A DNA stretch of 64,000 nucleotides from Candidatus Krumholzibacteriota bacterium (lineage in GTDB: Bacteria > Krumholzibacteriota > Krumholzibacteriia > JAJRXK01). Below, in pieces: positions 58,111 through 64,000 of the stretch. The position numbers were made by a program, and so were the translations under genes. The stretch covers positions 160,001 through 224,000 of the forward strand of contig CAVSGG010000005.1 in NCBI GenBank assembly GCA_963727455.1, read 5' to 3'. Under the pieces are notes generated by a model. It ran no database searches, was not told the origin of the DNA, and saw only the letters and a program-made list of their open reading frames with translations. Position 1 is the stretch's first letter; each line of letters begins with the position of its first letter.

Positions 58111-58980
58111 ACCCGGGGAAGGACCCCGGTCGCTTCGAGGCAACCCAGGAAGCAACGAGCCAGATAGCCATCGCCCTGGGACGGATACGCCTTACGGTGG
58201 GATAGGTTCTCCCTGTGCTCCTCTGGTCGGCCGGCGCGCTTGCTGCACAACGCGGTCACGCTGGCGAGCTTGATTCTCGTCGCAGCCGGCCTACCGCTCC
58301 TCGGCATAACTTCCTAGTTCCGCGGACTTCGTCAACGGAAGGGCTGGAATTGGCTGGGCCCGTTCCTTCTCCTCTGGCCGGTTCTTTCACCCTGCGCCTA
58401 TCTGGTCAAGGACGTGACCTTGGTCAGTCGCTATCTGGAGATCCTCTTGCCCATTCTCCTGTTTGTTTCGTGCCGGGGCCTAGCCTCCATGCACTGGCAG
58501 TCTCTGGCCCGGGCGGCGGTCTCGGCCCAGCTCGTTCTCGCACTCTGTCTCAGCGCGCTGTGGGTCGCTCCCAGCGTGCGGGCCTACTCCAGCAGCGCGC
58601 AACGCACCCTGGGACGGATCGGCGATTGGCTGCGGAAGAACACGGAAGCCGACGCGCTGGTGGCGATCTACGATATCGGGCTCGTCGGGTATCGCAGCCA
58701 ACGAACCATCCTCGATCGGGGTGGCCTGGTGCATCCGGGGATCAACCGTCTTCGGGACAAGGTGGACGATGAACTCATTCTGCGGCCGGGCCTCTTCCTG
58801 CGCTTCGCGAACCCCCAGTGGTTGGTGGACCGGAGGGACGCTCCCCGGGCCCTGGACGCTCAGACCCTCGGGGATTTCCGCTTGGAGGCCGTCCTCGATG
58901 GCGAAGTCTCCAAGCTGGGACTGACACGTCCCGAACCGGTTTCCTACACCCTCTATCGCCTCGTTCCTCGCCCCGACTGA
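58107..58980 (+). pseudogene. Disrupted membrane glycosyltransferase-like gene (GT-C/AftB-like C-terminal remnant)
   Basis: Coupled ATG 58107 reaches TAG at 58203; the main frame has TAG 58315-58317 within a hydrophobic segment; downstream RY...L.P and DIG..GY....LD.GGLV.P motifs are retained. Confidence 0.6.
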
Positions 58981-59033
58981 GCGCCTCCCCCACGAGTTTT
59001 CCCCGCTTTTTTTGGCCGGCGTGAGATTTCGGT

Positions 59034-59062
59034 TTGACACCCGAATGTGCCGAGTTCAAGAT
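59034..59062 (+). promoter_or_regulatory. Putative dcw (Pmra) promoter
   Basis: TTGACA-17 nt-CAAGAT. Confidence 0.6.
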
Positions 59063-59070
59063 GGCTCTCG

Positions 59071-59100
59071 ATGAGGGGATAAAAGGGGATAGATAGGGAA
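59071..59100 (+). promoter_or_regulatory. Putative MraZ operator: three G-rich direct repeats with 10-bp period
   Basis: ATGAGGGGAT / AAAAGGGGAT / AGATAGGGAA, just downstream of the promoter and upstream of mraZ. Confidence 0.65.
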
Positions 59101-59153
59101 ATTCCCTATAACCTATGGAATAAAAACAAGATACAGGATAGCAGATAGCCCAA

Positions 59154-59633
59154 ATGGACCCACGCACGCCGCAGCCCATTCCCAGTGCACGCTTCCACGG
59201 ACGCTTCCGTCAGAAGATCGACGAGAAGGGGCGCGTCAGTCTGCCGGCTCTCTTCCGGCGGGCCATTCCCCGCGAGGGAAGCGAGGACAACGGGACCCTG
59301 ATTCTCATCAAGGGGCCCGATGGCTATCTGCAGGCGTTCTCGGTGCAAGAATGGGAGGAACGCATCGAGCGCATCAACGCCGCGTCCCAGGCGAAGGGAG
59401 CCGAGGCTCGTTGGCGCCGTCGGGAACTCTTCAGCTCGGTGGTGCCACTGAGCTTGGATGACAAGGGGCGCTGCACCATCCCCCGGCAGTTGCTCGAAGA
59501 GGTCGGTATCGGCCAGGAATGTCTGATCCTAGGTGTGGATCGAGTCATCGAAATCTGGGACCCCCAGCGCTTCTTCGAATTGGAGGCGGCGCAGGAGCTG
59601 GATCTCAGTGATGTGGAGGACATCCTCTTCTAG
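59154..59633 (+). CDS. mraZ: Transcriptional regulator MraZ
   Basis: Two D.KGR..(L/I)P repeats and EIW motif. Confidence 0.93.
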   Translation: MDPRTPQPIPSARFHGRFRQKIDEKGRVSLPALFRRAIPREGSEDNGTLILIKGPDGYLQAFSVQEWEERIERINAASQAKGAEARWRRRELFSSVVPLSLDDKGRCTIPRQLLEEVGIGQECLILGVDRVIEIWDPQRFFELEAAQELDLSDVEDILF

Positions 59634-59650
59634 TGGAGGAATACGAGACG

Positions 59651-60130
59651 ATGAAATCACTCGACGGTAAGACGCGGATTTCTTCGGGGAATGTTCAGGC
59701 GCCCACGACCCGTGCGTGGGGAGGCTTCGTCATTCTGCCGCGCGACAACGGCGTGCTGCACGTTCGCCTCACCGGTCTGTTGAGTGCGGAGAGGATTCGG
59801 GATTTGAGAGTGAGCCTGAGTGCATGCCGTCGACGCGACGGGTCCACCACCTTCGTTCTGCTCGACGCCACCCATCTCGTTCAATTTTCACAAGAAGTCG
59901 CGCAGCAGTTGCTGCACGAAGAATACCGCTGGCGGAGTGAGGGGATCGTGACGCTCTGGCTCGGACTCTCGCTCTACATGGCCAACTTGCTCGTATTAGT
60001 CGGATCGGATCACAAGATCTCCCTGCTCTCGGACCTCGGGACGGCGCTGGTTGCGGTGGACTCGGTAGCGGGTCTTCCCGCCGCTGCCGCGCGTGCGAGG
60101 CTCCAGGCCTGGGACATCATGCGGCACTGA
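59651..60130 (+). CDS. Hypothetical STAS-like protein between mraZ and rsmH
   Basis: SD GGAGGA; pattern VRL.G.L...helix...VLLD.T.L..F...L.GLS.Y..NLL. Confidence 0.6.
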   Translation: MKSLDGKTRISSGNVQAPTTRAWGGFVILPRDNGVLHVRLTGLLSAERIRDLRVSLSACRRRDGSTTFVLLDATHLVQFSQEVAQQLLHEEYRWRSEGIVTLWLGLSLYMANLLVLVGSDHKISLLSDLGTALVAVDSVAGLPAAAARARLQAWDIMRH

Positions 60131-60135
60131 CCTCC

Positions 60136-61053
60136 ATGAACACCCACCATCAGCCGGTGATGCTCACGGAGGTGCTCGACTACCTTCTTCCCACGCCCGG
60201 CAAGGTGGTGGTGGATATGACTCTGGGCGGTGGCGGTTACAGCGCGGCTTGTCTGGAGGCAGGAGCCCACGTCATTGGGCTCGACATGGATCTGGAAGCG
60301 ATCGCGGGCGCGTCGGAGCGCCTCTCCTCCCACGGCGATCGGTTCATCGTTCGACACGCTGCATTTTCGAACTTCGGTGCAGTGTTGGATGAGTTGGGGC
60401 TTTCACACGCGGACGGCATCTGCATGGATCTGGGACTCAGCAGCGATCAGCTCGAAGACGCCAGCCGGGGATTCAGCCACCAGGCGGAAGGTCCCTTCGA
60501 TCTGCGCTTCGATTCTTCCCGTGGAACACCCGCCGCGCAGCATCTGCGCCACGCTCCGCTGTCTCAGATTCGAACTTGGTTAAGTGAGTACGGCGAAGTG
60601 CGGGTGGCAGGTCGCGTCGCGCGCGCGCTGCACGAACTGGCCAAGGAAGGAGATTCTCTTACCGCGGCCAGCGTCAGAGAACGGGTTCTGAGTGTCCTGC
60701 CTCGAGGCGCCAAGAAGGAAGCGGAGCTCGCGCGCGTCTTTCAGGCCTTCCGCATTTTGGTGAACGACGAAATGGGTCAGCTGGATGCCGCTCTGCAGGA
60801 GATTCCCGCCCGGCTGCGCTCCGGTGGACGTTTCGTGGCAGTTAGCTACCACAGTCTGGAAGACCGCAAAGTGAAGGCGATGCTGCGCCGCGAATCGCGA
60901 GGAGCGCAGGGATCCCGCCACCTGCCACCGGTCGAGCCGCGGGCCCGGCGACTCAAAGTGCTCACGCCGCGACCCGTGGGACCGAGCTCCGAGGAGATTC
61001 GTAGAAATCCCCGAGCCCGGTCCGCTCGCTTGCGTGCGGCGGAGGGTCTGTGA
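60136..61053 (+). CDS. rsmH: 16S rRNA m4C1402 methyltransferase
   Basis: H.PVML.E, D.TLG.GG, DLGLSS.Q, FQA.RI.VN.E, SYHSLEDR and NPRARSA.LR motifs. Confidence 0.95.
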   Translation: MNTHHQPVMLTEVLDYLLPTPGKVVVDMTLGGGGYSAACLEAGAHVIGLDMDLEAIAGASERLSSHGDRFIVRHAAFSNFGAVLDELGLSHADGICMDLGLSSDQLEDASRGFSHQAEGPFDLRFDSSRGTPAAQHLRHAPLSQIRTWLSEYGEVRVAGRVARALHELAKEGDSLTAASVRERVLSVLPRGAKKEAELARVFQAFRILVNDEMGQLDAALQEIPARLRSGGRFVAVSYHSLEDRKVKAMLRRESRGAQGSRHLPPVEPRARRLKVLTPRPVGPSSEEIRRNPRARSARLRAAEGL

Positions 61054-61466
61054 TGGGTGCCCGCCGTCGTCCCCGTCCTCGCCGCCAGCGCTCTCGCGTT
61101 GCCTTGCGTTCCACTCTCATCCTGGTGGCGCTCTTGGGCACCTTGTTCATGGCGTGCTGGGGGGCGAATCGCGTCGAGCGCCTCGAGAGGAAGAGGACCG
61201 CGCTGCAACGGGAAATCGATTTTCAGGGGGACGAATATCGCCGTCTCCTCTCGGCATGGCTACGCGCGACAGATCGCGAGAGGATCGTGGGCAGGGCGAG
61301 TCGGGAACTCGCATTGATGGAGCCATCGCCCCAGGACCGTTCCATTCTGGTCCTGCCTTCGACGGATGAGAAGGACACGGTGGCCCATCCGTTTCTCGAG
61401 CATCTCGCGCGAAGCCTGGATCGCTACGGTCAAGTCGAGAGTGCGCTGGCCAAGGAGGGTCAATGA
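61050..61466 (+). CDS. ftsL: FtsL-like cell division protein
   Basis: Basic N-terminus, single TM, coiled coil and RI...A..EL.L motif; lies between rsmH and ftsI. Confidence 0.6.
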   Translation: MMGARRRPRPRRQRSRVALRSTLILVALLGTLFMACWGANRVERLERKRTALQREIDFQGDEYRRLLSAWLRATDRERIVGRASRELALMEPSPQDRSILVLPSTDEKDTVAHPFLEHLARSLDRYGQVESALAKEGQ

Positions 61467-63409
61467 ACCCTCGCTATTCCCGGGCCCGCTTCTTGACTTT
61501 TGCCTGCGTCATCGCTGCGGCTCTCGTGAGTCTCTTCGCGCGATTGGCCTGGGTGCAGATCATCGACCACGGTCAGGCGCATCGCCAACTCACCGAGATG
61601 AGCCAGAACGTGACCGAGCTTTTGCCGCGCAGAGGCAATATCCTGGATCGTCTGGGCTATCCACTCGCCGTTACCGAGGCCTGCTATGAAGTCGGTGTCA
61701 GTCGTCCCGAGTACTGGCGAGATGACGAGAAGGCCAAGCAGCTGGCCGGTCTCTTGGGCATGTCCTCCAGTGAAATCCAACACAAGCTTCGTGGGCGTCA
61801 TACGCACACCTACCTGAGCCGCAACGTCGTTCTCTCGCCGGAGAAAGTCGATGCGCTGCGTTGCCAACCGTATCTGTCGGTGGACGAGCGCCTGAAGCGC
61901 AGCTACCCGATGGATGGAGTCGCCGCTCGGCTTCTCGGACGGGTGAACCGCAGCGGTCATGGTGATGCAGGCATCGAGAGACTGTGTGACACGGTACTCG
62001 CAGGCCATCCAGGGCGGGTGCTCAATCGCTACGACGCGGCGGCGGGCACCGCTCCCATCATGCGCCAAATTCTGGTGAAGCCGGTTCCGGGGCGTGACGT
62101 GATTCTCACCCTCGATCATCGAGTGCAGATGATTCTGGAGGAGGAACTCGAAGCGACGAAGGAAGAAGCTGGGGCAAGCTCGGTCATGGGCATCGTCATG
62201 GATCCGCGCGACGGGTCCGTGCTGGCCGCGGCCACCGCGCCCGGCATCGCAAGCCGCGAGAACAAGCCCTATCTCTCCAGCGAGTGGCGCGATCCGATCG
62301 TGCTCGATGCTTTTGAACCGGGGTCCTCTTTCAAACTATTCACCGCAGCTTCTCTCTTGCGTCATGCCCTGTGTGACACCTCGGAAGTGTTCGACGGAGA
62401 GGGCCATCCGAAGGAATACAGGAGCAGCGCGGACATGGGAGGATTCACCTTCCACGACGTGCATCCGGTCGGCCTGGTCAGCCTCCGAGTCGCCTTCATC
62501 GTCAGCTCGAACATCATCTTCGGAAAGGCCGCCTCGCTCTTACACCCGGATGAATTCGAGAATGATCTGCGTCGATTCGGTCTGGGAATGCCCACCGGGT
62601 GCGGTCTCTCCGGAGAGAGCTCGGGCATTTTAAAAAGCACCCCGGATTGGTCGGGGCGGACACAGGCCACCATGGCAATCGGGCAGGAGATCTCGGTCAC
62701 TCTCTTGCAGATGGCGGCGGGATACAGTGCGCTGCTGACTGACGGCACTTTAAGAGTACCGCGATTCGTGGCGGCCTGGCGTGACGAGGAAGGTCAGGAG
62801 CATCCACTGCGCCCGCGTGTGGTTCGCGAAGACATCGTGCCACCGAAGGTCCCACCGATCCTGAGGGATCTGTGCCGCCAGGTGGTCCAGATGGACTACG
62901 GAAGCGGGCAGGGCGCTCGGGTCGAGGGACTGAGCGTGGGCGGGAAGACCGGTACGGCTCAGATCGCGCGCTCGGACGGGAAAGGTTATGAGCCCAACGC
63001 ATACATGGCGGATTTCATTGGGGTCGTTCCTGCCGAAGCTCCTCAGCTCCTTGTTGCCATCGTTGTCCAGAGACCCAAAGTCGAGCGCCGCTGGGGTGGA
63101 GATACGGCGGCCGGTTGTTTCTCGCGCGTGGTGAGTAAGGTGCTTTCCGCCACGCGCCTTCTGGATTATCGCCGGCCATTGCTCGCAACGTCCGAGGAGG
63201 AAGAGTCGGGGAAGACGGTGGAAATGCCCGAGCTCTTCGGTCTCTCCCTCCAAAAGGTGCGAGAGTCCCTGGGCCGCACGGGGTGCAGACTCTTGAACGA
63301 GGCCCCTTCCGCCGATGCAAGGGTCGTGGGACAGATGCCACAGGCCGGGTCGCCAATTTTGCCCGGAGGAGTGGTGCGCGTGGCATGGACGCAAGGGGGT
63401 GGGGAATGA
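61463..63409 (+). CDS. ftsI: Class B penicillin-binding protein FtsI with PASTA domain
   Basis: RG.I.DR, R.YP, EPGSSFK (SxxK), SSN and GKTGTAQ motifs; C-terminal PASTA. Confidence 0.92.
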   Translation: MNPRYSRARFLTFACVIAAALVSLFARLAWVQIIDHGQAHRQLTEMSQNVTELLPRRGNILDRLGYPLAVTEACYEVGVSRPEYWRDDEKAKQLAGLLGMSSSEIQHKLRGRHTHTYLSRNVVLSPEKVDALRCQPYLSVDERLKRSYPMDGVAARLLGRVNRSGHGDAGIERLCDTVLAGHPGRVLNRYDAAAGTAPIMRQILVKPVPGRDVILTLDHRVQMILEEELEATKEEAGASSVMGIVMDPRDGSVLAAATAPGIASRENKPYLSSEWRDPIVLDAFEPGSSFKLFTAASLLRHALCDTSEVFDGEGHPKEYRSSADMGGFTFHDVHPVGLVSLRVAFIVSSNIIFGKAASLLHPDEFENDLRRFGLGMPTGCGLSGESSGILKSTPDWSGRTQATMAIGQEISVTLLQMAAGYSALLTDGTLRVPRFVAAWRDEEGQEHPLRPRVVREDIVPPKVPPILRDLCRQVVQMDYGSGQGARVEGLSVGGKTGTAQIARSDGKGYEPNAYMADFIGVVPAEAPQLLVAIVVQRPKVERRWGGDTAAGCFSRVVSKVLSATRLLDYRRPLLATSEEEESGKTVEMPELFGLSLQKVRESLGRTGCRLLNEAPSADARVVGQMPQAGSPILPGGVVRVAWTQGGGE

Positions 63410-64000
63410 ACCCGCGTTCCCTTCTCGGCGATCTCGGTGCACAACTGAAGCTCCGGCCGCTCACTACATCGTCCGACGTTTCGGTGAACGATGTCTGCAG
63501 TGATTCGAGAAGGGTGAAAGCCGGCTCGTGTTTCGTGGCGGTGAAAGGACACGCGGTGGACGGTCACGAATATGTGGCCGAGGCTCTGGCAAGCGGGGCC
63601 AGGGCGATCATCGTTCAGGAGGGTCACAAGCCGGTGAGTTTGGCCAACACCGATGCGGCTTTCTATGCAGTCGAGGACACGCGACATGCTCTCGGGGTTT
63701 TGGCGCGTGAATTCCACGGCAAACCCGACCTGAAGCTCCAGCTGGTGGCGGTGACCGGGACCAATGGCAAGACGACGGTGAGTCACCTCGTCCGGGACAT
63801 CCTGGCGGAGTCCGGGCGCAGCTGCGGGTTGCTGGGGACCATTGAGTACGATACGGGAATTCAGCGGAGTGCGGCTTCACTGACCACTCCGGATCCGACA
63901 GAATTCTACCGGCTGCTGGACGAGATGTGTGAAGCCGGGCTCTCGAGCTGTGCTTTCGAAGCCAGTTCGCACGCATTGGATCAGGAGCGTATCGGCACCG
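63406..64000 (+). CDS. murE: UDP-MurNAc-tripeptide synthetase MurE (3' end cut by window edge; absent from the ORF track)
   Basis: Manual translation: DSRRV..G..FVAVKG...DGH, VAVTGTNGKTT, TTPDP and EASSHALDQ.R. Confidence 0.93.
   Translation, partial: MNPRSLLGDLGAQLKLRPLTTSSDVSVNDVCSDSRRVKAGSCFVAVKGHAVDGHEYVAEALASGARAIIVQEGHKPVSLANTDAAFYAVEDTRHALGVLAREFHGKPDLKLQLVAVTGTNGKTTVSHLVRDILAESGRSCGLLGTIEYDTGIQRSAASLTTPDPTEFYRLLDEMCEAGLSSCAFEASSHALDQERIGT

Noticed and set aside
58315-58317. Amber read-through (pyrrolysine or recoding) at the internal TAG
   Set aside because: TAG is used as a normal stop in many genes here, no pyl genes are present, and the gene has additional lesions
59071-59150. 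CRISPR-like or mobile repeat upstream of mraZ
   Set aside because: Short 10-bp-period repeats without spacers; better explained as MraZ boxes
1-64000. Selenoprotein with in-frame TGA, prompted by selA
   Set aside because: Genes ending in TGA appear full length; I saw no continuation or SECIS
1-64000. Prophage, IS element, integron or defence system
   Set aside because: No integrase, transposase, nuclease-defence or phage genes, and no terminal repeats were recognised

Overview
GC-rich bacterial chromosomal core region, almost all on the + strand. Gene content (DUF2723, YfhO, a PorZ-like protein with a T9SS-type C-terminal domain, mglBA, spoVG next to prs) suggests a non-Bacteroidetes FCB-group lineage such as Krumholzibacteriota, Latescibacterota or Eisenbacteria; this placement is inference. 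Gene order: mglB-mglA; a minus-strand DUF6077-like membrane gene; pgpA-cinA-thpR (frameshifted)-recA-recX-GT4-wcaJ-ubiA-DUF362-ispE-spoVG-prs-rplY-pth-hppA-rpsF-rpsR-rplI-manB-manC; envelope genes; tonB-like (-); selA-pseudoATPase/SPOR-smc-ftsY-ribD-ribE-ribBA-ribH-nusB; a ~20 kb glycosylation locus; and the start of the dcw cluster (mraZ-STAS-like-rsmH-ftsL-ftsI-murE). I found no tRNA, rRNA, CRISPR array or mobile element. The best lead is a candidate polyprenol-P-mannose-dependent protein O-glycosylation system (TMEM260-like DUF2723, YfhO, Ppm/DPM synthase, flippase-like protein, PorZ-like protein), with Bacteroidetes-type D-S/T-x sequons clustered in exported proteins of the same window. 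Other leads are a degenerate P-loop-TM-SPOR protein upstream of smc, a GT2 fused to an apparently inactive phosphoglycosyltransferase, a STAS-like gene inside the dcw operon, and structured leaders of rplY and rpsF. All family assignments come from recognising motifs by eye; no database search was run.
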